From positions 1 to 36,819 of the IMG/VR virus record IMGVR_UViG_3300048857_000022: DNA of 36,819 nucleotides; one strand, given 5' to 3'. The first letter of the stretch is position 1, and each line of letters starts with the position of its first letter. Position numbers and translations under genes: made by a program. Of the stretch, positions 8,262 through 17,501 are shown piece after piece. This stretch comes from a virus (Duplodnaviria; Caudoviricetes). The notes below the pieces were generated by a model that saw only the letters and a list, made by a program, of their open reading frames with translations, had not been told where the DNA came from and did no database searches.

Positions 8262-9428
8262 TTAGGAATTCACGCGGTCGGCAAAGCTCGTCAGGTACGA
8301 GTCAGTAATGCGCTGCCGCAGGGTCAGGTCTTCCAGGGGCGGGACCGGGGTGTAGTCGTAGTCCAGGCGCAGCTGGCCAGCCTTGAGGGTGTCCTTGGTG
8401 TTTACCTCTTCGTCGTACCAGCACTCGCCGCCGAGCAGATAGCCCTGGGCCGTGAGGTCGCGTAGCTTGGCGTTGATGCCTTCGATGATGTCGCGGACCA
8501 GACTCGGGTGCATGGGCTTGTCCACAAACGTGAAATGCGCCTCGGCCATGGTGTCCATAAGCACCTGGGCGGTACGGGTGTAGTTCTCGAAGGCAAACAG
8601 CGAGTCGTCAGTGGTGGTGCGCGAACCCCAGAAGCGGTAGCCGCTCTGGTTGATCAGCGTGGTGACTTCGTGGCTGTTGAGGTAGTTGCTGTCGGTCGAC
8701 GGATCCTGCAGGTCGAAGAACACGTCCTTGCTGATGCCGGTGACGCCATTGACCGGAGCGTTGGACAGGGTCTTGTGCCAGCCGACCTCTTTATCCAGTT
8801 GCGCACGCAAACCCAGCGCGCGGGCGGTTGCGTTGGCCGTGACGGTCTTGTTTTGCGAGGTGCTCCAGGCCAGGAAGTCAGGCCAAAGCAGCATGAGTTC
8901 GCGCGCACCAAACTGGTTGCGGTAGGCCACGGCCTCTTCCATGGTTTCGCAGTTCCAGGCGCTCGCGTACACAAAGGCGCGCAGCTTTTGGGCAATGCTG
9001 ACCAGGGCAGCGGTGACGGCTTGGGTATCCAGACCGGGCACGCCCAGGATGCGAGGCGTAACGCCCAGTTGAGCCTTGGCAGACAGCAGGGCTTTCATGC
9101 CGGTGTATTTGCCGTTCGCAGATCCGCCGATGATGTTGGAAACGGTCTCGGCTTCGGTTGCGCCTTCCGGGACGCGGACCAGGACGGTGACCGGCTTGGA
9201 CTGGTCGGCGATGGCCTGCAGGGCCTCGGCCATGGTGCCCTTGGTGCCGGCCTTGCCGGCAGCACTCTGGACGTTGGTGATCAGAACGGGTTTGTTTAAG
9301 GGAAAAGCAGCGGCGTCGGCGTCGTCTGCAGTGACGACCATCCCGACAATCGCGGTGGAAACGGTGGAGATAGAGCGTGTGCCCTCGTTGATTTCTTGGA
9401 CACGGACGCCGTGTAAGTAGTCGGCCAT
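8262..9428 (-). CDS. FI: Tail sheath protein FI
   Basis: MADYLHGVRVQEINEGTRSISTVSTAIVG...GYRFWGSRT...DYDYTPVPPLEDL. Confidence 0.95.
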   Translation of the reverse strand: MADYLHGVRVQEINEGTRSISTVSTAIVGMVVTADDADAAAFPLNKPVLITNVQSAAGKAGTKGTMAEALQAIADQSKPVTVLVRVPEGATEAETVSNIIGGSANGKYTGMKALLSAKAQLGVTPRILGVPGLDTQAVTAALVSIAQKLRAFVYASAWNCETMEEAVAYRNQFGARELMLLWPDFLAWSTSQNKTVTANATARALGLRAQLDKEVGWHKTLSNAPVNGVTGISKDVFFDLQDPSTDSNYLNSHEVTTLINQSGYRFWGSRTTTDDSLFAFENYTRTAQVLMDTMAEAHFTFVDKPMHPSLVRDIIEGINAKLRDLTAQGYLLGGECWYDEEVNTKDTLKAGQLRLDYDYTPVPPLEDLTLRQRITDSYLTSFADRVNS

Positions 9429-9502
9429 TGGAGGTGTGCCTGCGCAGGTAAATGACACCGGCAAGGCTGAGGGAAACCCACGTGGGGTTCATCAAGCGCG
9501 GG

Positions 9503-9523
9503 TTGTAAGAAGCGGATTTACAA
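9503..9523. promoter_or_regulatory. Ogr-type late promoter activator site (pF)
   Basis: TTGTAA-N9-TTACAA upstream of FI; same motif at 17074 and 24550. Confidence 0.8.
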
Positions 9524-9542
9524 GATTGAGGACAATGGAGAG

Positions 9543-9956
9543 TTACGGCTGATCGTCAGATGCGTTTCCCTGGGACTTGATCAGTGCTTTGATAACTGCG
9601 TCTTGTAAAGCATCGACAGTCCATGGCTTATGTAAAAAAGACGCTGGCTGCTCGAGTTTAACTAGTCGTTCCGCATCGTAGCCAGAGGTTAAAACCACAT
9701 TGATATGGGGCCACTTTTTACAAACGATATTAGCCAGATCAACCCCATCCAGGTGTCCTGGCATTCGTATGTCAGTCACTAATAAAGCAATCTCCCCAGC
9801 TTTCTTTTCAAGCAAATCATACCCGGCATCAGCTGAGGGTAAGGCAACTATCTGTACGTCTAGCTCCTTTAATACTTCAATAATCAATCGACGCAGAAAA
9901 ACTTCGTCTTCAACAACGAGGATGGTCTTGTTTGAGAGAGCCTTGTCTGCATTCAT
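9543..9956 (-). CDS. Single-domain response regulator (REC, CheY-like)
   Basis: ILVVEDE...LLVTDIRMPG...LTSGY...FLHKPW: acidic pocket, phospho-Asp, Thr/Ser and Lys all present. Confidence 0.92.
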   Translation of the reverse strand: MNADKALSNKTILVVEDEVFLRRLIIEVLKELDVQIVALPSADAGYDLLEKKAGEIALLVTDIRMPGHLDGVDLANIVCKKWPHINVVLTSGYDAERLVKLEQPASFLHKPWTVDALQDAVIKALIKSQGNASDDQP

Positions 9957-10154
9957 ATCTAAAGGGAGTCACACCATTTTATCTTGTTCAAAATGGTGTG
10001 ACGAATGGCAATAAGTACATGTTTTGTATAGTTATTTAAGGTGATTTGTCTAAAATATGTTTAATATTTCTAGAAACTAGAATCAGCAGATGGCTGCTGT
10101 AAGCGGAGAGAAACTCGCATAAGATTCATAAGCCACGAGTTTTAATATTAGGTA

Positions 10155-10559
10155 CTAGGTAGAGGAAGGAGCAGCCTCGTCCAATACTTTGAGTACCACC
10201 CCACGCAACTGATCAATCGACCACGGTTTTGCTAAGAATTGGTCAAAACCGTTGAGACTAGCAAGTGAGTTTGTGTCATAACCCGAGGTCAGCACAATTT
10301 TGATGTGAGGCCATGTACTAGCCACTAGCTTTGCCAGATCGAGGCCATCTAGTCGCCCTGGAGTACGAACGTCTGTTATCAAAACAGCTACGTTGTGAGC
10401 GTATTTTTGCAGAAAGGAGTAGCCTTCGTCAGCGGTAGGAAGAGCCTCTATCCCTGAGCCAATAGGGTCCAGCACCTCTGCCATCAAAAACCTTAGATAG
10501 TCTTTATCTTCGATGATAAGAATCTTTTTTTCGATGGTGCATTTGCCTACTCCATTCAT
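10155..10559 (-). CDS. Single-domain response regulator (REC, CheY-like)
   Basis: ILIIEDK...VLITDVRTPG...LTSGY...FLAKPW. Confidence 0.92.
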   Translation of the reverse strand: MNGVGKCTIEKKILIIEDKDYLRFLMAEVLDPIGSGIEALPTADEGYSFLQKYAHNVAVLITDVRTPGRLDGLDLAKLVASTWPHIKIVLTSGYDTNSLASLNGFDQFLAKPWSIDQLRGVVLKVLDEAAPSST

Positions 10560-10631
10560 ATTACCGCTACCTCTCAGAGAGCTGAGTTGAAAACCTCTGT
10601 ACGGGTAAGTGTAGACAAAACCTGGTTGGGC

Positions 10632-11627
10632 TTAGCCTGGCAAGGCTTTCGATTTCTTTACTTTTCTCAGCTTGGCTAGCCGCTTCGAGCGACGGACATT
10701 TCTGTAAATATTAGGTACTTCATGAATGGGAGCAGTAAGCAGGCGAATGGACCAATAAGCTCGGCCCGTTGTTTTAAGCAGTAGCCTTCGCTCTTTGCGA
10801 TCAGCCAACTCTAGAAGCTCTTTGATGAACGAATAGAACTTAGGCTGACTTAGAAAATCATCGTCCATGTTCTCAGCAAGAATCCGGCCTATCGCTTTTA
10901 TGCTGCTCCAGATGGCAGCGAGCGGGATAATACAAATCGCTATGGGCACGACGATTAATTTAAAGAGCGCGCCGTACCAAAATTCAAAGCTATCCCATAA
11001 ATTAGGGAGACCTTGATAGAAGTTATCCTTATCTATCAGTGCTACAACGACACCGGCCACGATAGCCAGGACCCCGGCGAGATAAGTGGCAAGGTTACTG
11101 CTTGACGGCAAGCGAAAAAATTTCCGAGCCTTTTGGACATCCGTCTCTCCAGCATTAAGCTGAATTTCACGTCGCCACTTCCATTCCTCAATCAGGCTTT
11201 TAGCCAATTTCTCTAGGCTTTCCTGAGGGCCAAATAGAGCCTCGATTCGCTCGTATTTAGCTCGGTTGATCATCGTCACAGCGGCACGGAAGCTAGCTGG
11301 CCTCACTTGCGGATATAACCGTTTGCAGCGTTGCTGGTCGACCTCGCATATGACCTGCAAAAAGCTAGGTACAAGGACAAAAAACTCAAAGCCCAACGAG
11401 ACATAAGGCAGATGAGAATAGGTCTGGGATTTTAAGACAATTGTGTTGATTGCATTAAAGATCAATGAGCCAACAATCAACGCGGCAAGCAGTGCAACCA
11501 GCCAAAATATGCGCATAGAAAACGCATAGCCTGGTAAAAGGCTGAACTCTTTTTGAAAGGTTTTGATCTTGTGGGGAAGCGCTCGCACAGGCTTTAGTCC
11601 GTTAATGCCGAGGCAAGCAGGATACAA
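10632..11627 (-). CDS. Hypothetical multi-pass membrane protein (moron)
   Basis: About four hydrophobic segments in two pairs and a basic C-terminus. AT-richer than the structural genes. True start may be MRIFW. Confidence 0.65.
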   Translation of the reverse strand: MYPACLGINGLKPVRALPHKIKTFQKEFSLLPGYAFSMRIFWLVALLAALIVGSLIFNAINTIVLKSQTYSHLPYVSLGFEFFVLVPSFLQVICEVDQQRCKRLYPQVRPASFRAAVTMINRAKYERIEALFGPQESLEKLAKSLIEEWKWRREIQLNAGETDVQKARKFFRLPSSSNLATYLAGVLAIVAGVVVALIDKDNFYQGLPNLWDSFEFWYGALFKLIVVPIAICIIPLAAIWSSIKAIGRILAENMDDDFLSQPKFYSFIKELLELADRKERRLLLKTTGRAYWSIRLLTAPIHEVPNIYRNVRRSKRLAKLRKVKKSKALPG

Positions 11628-11891
11628 AAGTGAAATGTGATCTATCTAGCAATTTTCCGAGGGGCTGCCCAACGGGTGTACTCACCAGATTACCGGGCAA
11701 AGAATCGGAAGCAACCCAATAAGCGGCAATCACGAAACGTTCTAACAAGCCAAAAGCTAGGTGCTAGCCTGAATTTGCTTTGAGCACAGTAGGAGCAGTT
11801 CTACCTAACATCAAAGCGATATCTGAGCCCTAGAGAAGTATGCAATTCCTGGTGGCTCATGGTCACTCATCTTGTTAAACGGAGTTTTGAG

Positions 11892-12233
11892 ATGTCCTAC
11901 GATAAAGTGTCCATAGCAAACTCAACCGGCTATTCGATAACCGGAAAAGTCAGTTACAGAAGCGCTTTCTGTAGCAATGACGATTACTCAGTTGGTAACG
12001 GTAAAACCTGGACGGCAAGTTCACGAGGCATTTGTCTTCTGACAAAGATAACGGCAACAGTAGATACCCCAAATGGGAACGTTGACGCCAAGTCTTATAC
12101 TTCCGCCGGGACTACGTATGCTCGCTTTGCAGTTGTTGCAGCTGATGGAGGCTATGAGGTTACTCGTCTTACAGGCGCAGATGAAGACGAACAACCTGGC
12201 GATTATGTAGAGCCAACGGAGCAGCAAAAATAA
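11892..12233 (+). CDS. Hypothetical Ser/Thr/Gly-rich beta protein with two Cys (moron)
   Basis: GGAG RBS at 11881, ATG at 11892; opposite strand to the tail genes. Confidence 0.7.
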   Translation: MSYDKVSIANSTGYSITGKVSYRSAFCSNDDYSVGNGKTWTASSRGICLLTKITATVDTPNGNVDAKSYTSAGTTYARFAVVAADGGYEVTRLTGADEDEQPGDYVEPTEQQK

Positions 12234-12238
12234 GACAG

Positions 12239-12270
12239 GTATCTACCTAAGTTTTCCCTTAGGTAGATAC
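12239..12270. terminator. 13-bp perfect hairpin between convergent genes
   Basis: GTATCTACCTAAG-TTTTCC-CTTAGGTAGATAC. Confidence 0.6.
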
Positions 12271-12275
12271 GCCTT

Positions 12276-12701
12276 CTATGACAAAGCACTTAAAGCCCAG
12301 CGCATAGCCTCAGCTAAGCTGCCTGGCGAGTACCGCTGAGGCTGCTCCAGTCCGATTACCTGGGCGCAGAACTCCGAGCAAAACCAGCGCGACCGACTGT
12401 GGATTCCAACTGGCAGGATCTGGCTACCCAAGATCCCGATCCAGTCATATCCCGCGTCTTGCTCGGCCTGCAGCAACTCCTTGACAACCTCTTCGCGCAC
12501 CCAGGGCAACGGCAGGAAGTCCCAGACCGCTGGATCCGGCTCGATCAGCTTGGCCCGTACGCCACCGTCACGCGGCGAGCTGCTGGCAAAGCGGCCATCC
12601 GGCAGGACCAGTTCGCAGTGCGAATAGGGGCTGCGCGTCCAGATCCGGATGAGCCGGTCGTAGAGGTCACCATGGGCCTTGTAAAGGGCCAGCTGGATCA
12701 T
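12276..12701 (-). CDS. Permuted papain-like NlpC/P60 amidase (YaeF/YiiX-like)
   Basis: YSHCELV (His before Cys)...YDWIGI...WFCSEF. Confidence 0.75.
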   Translation of the reverse strand: MIQLALYKAHGDLYDRLIRIWTRSPYSHCELVLPDGRFASSSPRDGGVRAKLIEPDPAVWDFLPLPWVREEVVKELLQAEQDAGYDWIGILGSQILPVGIHSRSRWFCSEFCAQVIGLEQPQRYSPGSLAEAMRWALSALS

Positions 12702-12710
12702 GCGGCTACC

Positions 12711-13280
12711 TCATTCTTTAGGCCAGGTGATAGTGGCCACTTCAGCAGCAGTCTTGGCGGCTACAACCTGCTGCTCCAGCACAATCTTTTGTGCAATGGC
12801 TGCGTTAATGGCGTTCTTGCCATCCACACCGACCTGCTGGATCTGCGTGACCGTGTGTGCCTGATAAGCCCACTTGCCCTGGGCATCGGCGCACCAGAAC
12901 GGGGTGGTCCATTTCTCATCGACGCCAGGCAGGATCGAAGCCAGTACCGAGGCCTGCAGGTTGGACTGGTCGGTTGGCTTGGCCGGGTAGGTGTAGACCT
13001 CACCCAGTGCATCTGAGGTGAAACCTGCCGCGATCTCGGTCGCGCAGGCGGTCTCAAGCTCGGCGAGCTTGGCCGCTTTCAACTCATCCAGTGATGCCGG
13101 AGCAGGATCGGATAGCGCAGGCATGCCGCTGCCGTCCAGAACAATGATCTGTCCTACCGAGCGGCCCTTGAGCAGGGTTTCATAAAGCACATCGCTGATC
13201 CTGATGGCATCCTTGGGAATGACACTGTGAACGCTACTATCAAAGAACGCAGCCTCAGAAGGACTGTACAACTTGGACAT
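12711..13280 (-). CDS. Tail fibre assembly protein (G-like, DUF4376-type C-terminus)
   Basis: Follows the fibre gene; N-terminal YSPSEAAFFD..IPKDAI, C-terminal AAKTAAEVATITW. Confidence 0.8.
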   Translation of the reverse strand: MSKLYSPSEAAFFDSSVHSVIPKDAIRISDVLYETLLKGRSVGQIIVLDGSGMPALSDPAPASLDELKAAKLAELETACATEIAAGFTSDALGEVYTYPAKPTDQSNLQASVLASILPGVDEKWTTPFWCADAQGKWAYQAHTVTQIQQVGVDGKNAINAAIAQKIVLEQQVVAAKTAAEVATITWPKE

Positions 13281-13291
13281 GGCATAACTCC

Positions 13292-14611
13292 TTAATAGCC
13301 AATGGCAAACCAGTCGAAGGAATAACTTGCGGCGCTACCGCCTCGAAAAACATTGGGCTGGCTGGTACGACCTGAGTGGGTATAAATCGCGCCGGTGGTT
13401 TGCGCGTTCCAGGGCGAGAGCAGAAAACACGTACAAAGCGTGGGAAACGCAAGCGGATAGGTGAGCTGGTAGTAAGGCGCGGTCGAGCTGCTATTGACCC
13501 AGCCCCATTGAATGATCCAGCCACCCAGCCATGACGGAAACACGATGTAGCTTGCAGAGTCCTTAAGGCTGATGGAAAAGCCTGCCCGTAACTTTTTGGG
13601 TGTCACGATGGTGGCATCGTCAGTGCCCGCATTGGTCTGGGCCTGGGTCGCTACCCTGGCAATACCGGCCAGGGCTTCAGTGGCCTGAACGATCTTTTTC
13701 GCAATAGCCTGAAAAACGCGCAGCGGGGACATCCAGCGCGCCGCTGCAGAGCCATCCTCGGCTTCCTCCTGCGTTGCGGCTGAACTGATGGCCAGATAGC
13801 CCTGGGTTATGTCCGCAAAGCTCAAGGCCGTGCTGCCCAGGGTAATGGGTGCATTAGTGGTCAGCTTCCAGATCGTGTCCGCCTGCGTTGTGCCCTGCTC
13901 GACATAGACGGTTAGGCCCGGCGTCACCTCGGCGCTTTCGTCTGCATCGGCCGCGCGAAGCCAGCCGCCGGTGCTGGCGGCATAGATCCCGTTCCCGTTA
14001 CCTGTGGTCTGGTTCTTGACCAGGACGCGGTCACCCGCGACCAAGGCTATGCCATCAATCGTCTGCAGGCCGCTCAGGGTGATGTTGGCGGTGGTGGCTG
14101 CGCGGACCGACTGCTTGTTGTCCAGCCGGTTGATCGCCACGGTGATCGCATCATCGACATAGCCACGCGTAGCCAGCACAACGCTTGGGTCGATCTTGAG
14201 TTCGACGTTTGAGGTGCTGCTGACAATCAGGACCATGCGCAGGACCTGGGTGCGGCCGGAGCCTTCGGCCAGCTGTGGCTTGTAGCTGGGCGGGGTGTTG
14301 GCCACGGCAATCAGGTTGCCGTCTGCATCGATCAGGCCCATCTCGCGGATCCAGCTGCCGCCGGTGGTTTCGGGGATGACCAGCTCGGCGATAACCTGGC
14401 TGCTGTTGGCCTTGTCTACGGTCAGGCTGTTTAGCCCGGCGCGATACCATTCGCCCTTGAGCGCGGTCTGGTTACGATCAGGCGTAGGCACATTACCGCC
14501 GCCGTCGCCTACGGCCATCTTGCTGATCTTGAGGGTGGTGTTTAGCGCTGCCGCGTTGGCCAGCTTGGCCTCGCCAATAGCGGTGAGGATGGCGTAATAG
14601 GTCTGACTCAT
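13292..14611 (-). CDS. H: Tail fibre protein H
   Basis: YYAILTAIGEAKLANA...SYKPQLAEGSGRTQVLRM...IDPSVVLATR; C-terminal GGWIIQWG. Confidence 0.92.
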   Translation of the reverse strand: MSQTYYAILTAIGEAKLANAAALNTTLKISKMAVGDGGGNVPTPDRNQTALKGEWYRAGLNSLTVDKANSSQVIAELVIPETTGGSWIREMGLIDADGNLIAVANTPPSYKPQLAEGSGRTQVLRMVLIVSSTSNVELKIDPSVVLATRGYVDDAITVAINRLDNKQSVRAATTANITLSGLQTIDGIALVAGDRVLVKNQTTGNGNGIYAASTGGWLRAADADESAEVTPGLTVYVEQGTTQADTIWKLTTNAPITLGSTALSFADITQGYLAISSAATQEEAEDGSAAARWMSPLRVFQAIAKKIVQATEALAGIARVATQAQTNAGTDDATIVTPKKLRAGFSISLKDSASYIVFPSWLGGWIIQWGWVNSSSTAPYYQLTYPLAFPTLCTCFLLSPWNAQTTGAIYTHSGRTSQPNVFRGGSAASYSFDWFAIGY

Positions 14612-15216
14612 GGGTAGATGCTCAGGGTGTCGATGTCGTGAGAGATGCCGCCGGCCGAGTAACTGCCGCTGACGACAATGGCTTCGGGTTGGTAGGCGTA
14701 AACGGTGAGCGTCTCGCCCTGGTAGGTGGCAACGCCGAAATAGGGCGTGCCGCGGGTTTCGAGGCTGACGGCAAGACCCGTCAGGTGCCGGCTCAAGGGC
14801 TTGGCGTCATCGATGAGCAGGCCCAGGCCGTCATACATTTCCTCGGTGATGCCGCTGTCCAGCACACCGATATCGAGCTTGAAGGTGCCAGGGGTAGCCT
14901 GGGGCGACTCCTGCCACCACTCGCGGACGCGGATCAGGTAGCCCAGCGGCTCAACCACCCGGCGTACAGCACCAATGGTGCCCTTGTGCGAGTGAACGAA
15001 ATACGCGGCTTTGATGACCTCGCGCTTGGTCTTCTCTGACCAGGCGCTGTCCCAGCGATCCACCGAGCGCGCCCAGGCCAGATAGGGGAGCAGCTCAAGC
15101 GGGCAGCGGTCCGGATCCACCAGGTCACGCAGCGGGATAGGCACGCGCTTGATCTCGGCCAAGGCTTCAGCGGCGAGCCGCTCGAGCCTTGTTGAGTTGG
15201 CCGGCAGCAGGCTCAT
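14608..15216 (-). CDS. I: Baseplate/tail protein I
   Basis: MSLLPANST...CPLELLPYLAWARSVDRWD...HSHKGT. Confidence 0.93.
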   Translation of the reverse strand: MSLLPANSTRLERLAAEALAEIKRVPIPLRDLVDPDRCPLELLPYLAWARSVDRWDSAWSEKTKREVIKAAYFVHSHKGTIGAVRRVVEPLGYLIRVREWWQESPQATPGTFKLDIGVLDSGITEEMYDGLGLLIDDAKPLSRHLTGLAVSLETRGTPYFGVATYQGETLTVYAYQPEAIVVSGSYSAGGISHDIDTLSIYP

Positions 15217-16130
15217 GCCTGGTCTCCCAGGATGACGCGGGTTTCTGTGCAGTAGGCGGCCTGGGCACTGGTGGGGACGATATCGGTCCAGCCGTCCAGC
15301 TCGACCTTGGCCACGCCGGCTACATGCAACGCGGCATCGATTCCGGAGCGGGCCACGATCACGCCAAGACGGCGACGGCGGTTCACGTAGCTGGCCAGAT
15401 TCTTCTCGGCCGTTTGCAGGATCAGCTCGGACTCGGCCCCGGTATTCTCCAGGTACAGCCTGGCCTTAACGCTATAAGGCAGGATCTCGGCGGACTGGAC
15501 GATGACGCGATCCCCCAATGGGCGGACATCGTCATCGTTAAGCGCCTCGGCCACGGTGGCCAGTAGCTCAGAGGAAGCCGTGCCGTCGCCGATATAAGAC
15601 TGAACGGTGACGACCACGACGGCTGGGGAAGGGCTGACCGCCGAGGCATCAGCCACCTGGCCGCTGGCATTACGGGCATGCAGGATATAGGCATTACGGG
15701 GGCCGGCTACGCTTAAGCCCTCCCAGGCCATCTGCACGCGTTCACGCAGGGCATCATCGCCTTCCATTACGGCTGCAACCGGCGGCACGCTGGTGGTATC
15801 GGCCGGGGTAATGGTCAGGCGGGTCAGGTTGACGCCGCCGGCGATCTGCTCAAGGTCGGTGCCGGTGGCCTTGGCCAGCATGGTGCCCAGGGCGGCCTCG
15901 TTGACCCGTTGCCGCAAGAGCAGCTCGCGGTAGGCGTTCTCCTGCAGGAGCTTGACCAGGGGCTCGGATTCCAGCTCCAGGCGCGCGGCCAGAGTGGCCT
16001 GCTGGTCGGCCGGGTACAGGGCAATCAGCGCCGCCTTACGCTCGGCATAAATACTTTCAAAGTCCAGCTGCTCAACAATGGTGGGCTCGGGCAGCTGGGA
16101 GAGGTCAATCGGGGTAAAGGTGCTGGCCAT
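15213..16130 (-). CDS. J: Baseplate assembly protein J
   Basis: IDLSQLPEPTIVEQLDFE...LESEPLVKLLQENAYRE...LSVAGP. Confidence 0.93.
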   Translation of the reverse strand: MASTFTPIDLSQLPEPTIVEQLDFESIYAERKAALIALYPADQQATLAARLELESEPLVKLLQENAYRELLLRQRVNEAALGTMLAKATGTDLEQIAGGVNLTRLTITPADTTSVPPVAAVMEGDDALRERVQMAWEGLSVAGPRNAYILHARNASGQVADASAVSPSPAVVVVTVQSYIGDGTASSELLATVAEALNDDDVRPLGDRVIVQSAEILPYSVKARLYLENTGAESELILQTAEKNLASYVNRRRRLGVIVARSGIDAALHVAGVAKVELDGWTDIVPTSAQAAYCTETRVILGDQA

Positions 16131-16131
16131 A

Positions 16132-16473
16132 TCAGACTCCACCAAAGGCTAGAGGAACGCGAAGGCTCACGGCGGTATCGCTGACGGTGCTGTAGCCCTC
16201 CAGGTCGACGGCGGCCTGGCCCGGCCGGCTGCCCAGCGACAGGCCGATGCGAGTCAGCCGCAGGCGCGGCTCCCAGCGCATCAGGGCCATAACGGCCACG
16301 GCCTTGGCTTCAAGTGCGGTAGCATCGTTCAGGGGTTTGTCGATCAGCTCGAAGAGGTCGCAGCCGTAGCTTCTGCGCATAAGGCGTGAGCCCACAGGCG
16401 TGGTAAGGATGTCGCCTACGGACTGCTGCAGGTGCTCGATATCGGTCAGGGCGAGGCCGGTGCTGCGGTTCAT
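16132..16473 (-). CDS. W: Baseplate wedge protein W (gp25-like)
   Basis: HLQQSVGDILTTPVGSRLMRRSYG...WEPR. Confidence 0.93.
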   Translation of the reverse strand: MNRSTGLALTDIEHLQQSVGDILTTPVGSRLMRRSYGCDLFELIDKPLNDATALEAKAVAVMALMRWEPRLRLTRIGLSLGSRPGQAAVDLEGYSTVSDTAVSLRVPLAFGGV

Positions 16474-17027
16474 TTGAGCGGTGCTCCCGACTGCCCGGAA
16501 CCAGGCTCGACGTTGCCGTGCGGGTGCTTAACCAGGCTGATACCGGCCGCGATGACATCGTTCGAGACGGTTACCAGGCCGCTGATATCTACATCGCCCA
16601 AGATTGAGACGCCGCCGGGGGCGGTGAGCCGGACCTTGCCGCCGTCAGGCAGCGTGGCCATGAGCGTATGGCTCTGGCTGTCGTACTCGACCACGGCACC
16701 GTCTGAATAGGATCGGCGATGCAGACCGGCGCGGTCGGCATTGGCTGGATGCTGCTGGCTGAATAGCCCGGTCAAGGCGATGCCCTGGGCGGTTTGTCCG
16801 GAAGGGCTGAACAGGAGAACTTGCTCGCCTACGGTGGGAGGGTCCCATTCGGTATCAGCACCGGCGCGAAAGGCGACCCAGGGCAGCCAGCCGGTCAGCA
16901 GCTCACCACTCCTGACGCGTAGGCGTGGAGGTCGGTTGTCTTTGAGACTGCCATGGTCCAATTCGGCAACGGTGCCAAGGCGGATCAGGTTCTCGATCAG
17001 GCGGGAAAGGGCGGCGTAATCATTCAT
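16470..17027 (-). CDS. V: Baseplate spike protein V
   Basis: TGWLPW...WDPPTVGEQV; C-terminal HPH motif. Confidence 0.93.
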   Translation of the reverse strand: MNDYAALSRLIENLIRLGTVAELDHGSLKDNRPPRLRVRSGELLTGWLPWVAFRAGADTEWDPPTVGEQVLLFSPSGQTAQGIALTGLFSQQHPANADRAGLHRRSYSDGAVVEYDSQSHTLMATLPDGGKVRLTAPGGVSILGDVDISGLVTVSNDVIAAGISLVKHPHGNVEPGSGQSGAPLK

Positions 17028-17073
17028 GCCGCCAAGGATGAAAGGGGCGAGCGAGGCGTGCAGCTAGCGGAGG

Positions 17074-17094
17074 TTGTAGAAAGCGGTTTTACAA
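17074..17094. promoter_or_regulatory. Ogr-type late promoter activator site (pV)
   Basis: TTGTAG-N9-TTACAA upstream of V. Confidence 0.8.
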
Positions 17095-17114
17095 GAATTG
17101 CTTAGTTTCTAACA

Positions 17115-17480
17115 CTAAGGTAATCCTAAACGATTCTTTGCTTCACTTTTTAACCAATCAAGCAGTACATCAAACGCTACCCCACCCGCTGGCTTTATAA
17201 CGCTGGTTTTTGCTTTTGACCATAGACCATCGTCTTTAGCTGCCTCTAAAAACTCGTAGCCAGCCCAAGTAATGTGTAGCGGTATAGCTTGAGGTGAAGT
17301 GCTTTCATAAAATGTAGTATCAGCTGCTTTAATTAAGCCAGCTTCACCTAGAAGATGTATTTGAAAACCTATAAACTCTTTAGACAAGCCATCAATTTGT
17401 GGCAACTCATTAACGAGAGCGTGTTCTTTTTTTTCCATCCACAAGAGAATGGTTCGGCAAACATCTAAATCTCGTTTCAT
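17115..17480 (-). CDS. DUF2513-like protein (moron)
   Basis: MKRDLDVCRTILL...ITWAGYEFLEAAKDDGLWSKAK; AT-rich. Confidence 0.75.
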   Translation of the reverse strand: MKRDLDVCRTILLWMEKKEHALVNELPQIDGLSKEFIGFQIHLLGEAGLIKAADTTFYESTSPQAIPLHITWAGYEFLEAAKDDGLWSKAKTSVIKPAGGVAFDVLLDWLKSEAKNRLGLP

Positions 17481-17501
17481 AAATCTTCCTAGAAAAGCTG
17501 A

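Noticed and set aside
13292-13800. Diversity-generating retroelement or shufflon acting on the tail-fibre tip
   Set aside because: No reverse transcriptase and no duplicated template of the fibre C-terminus was seen.
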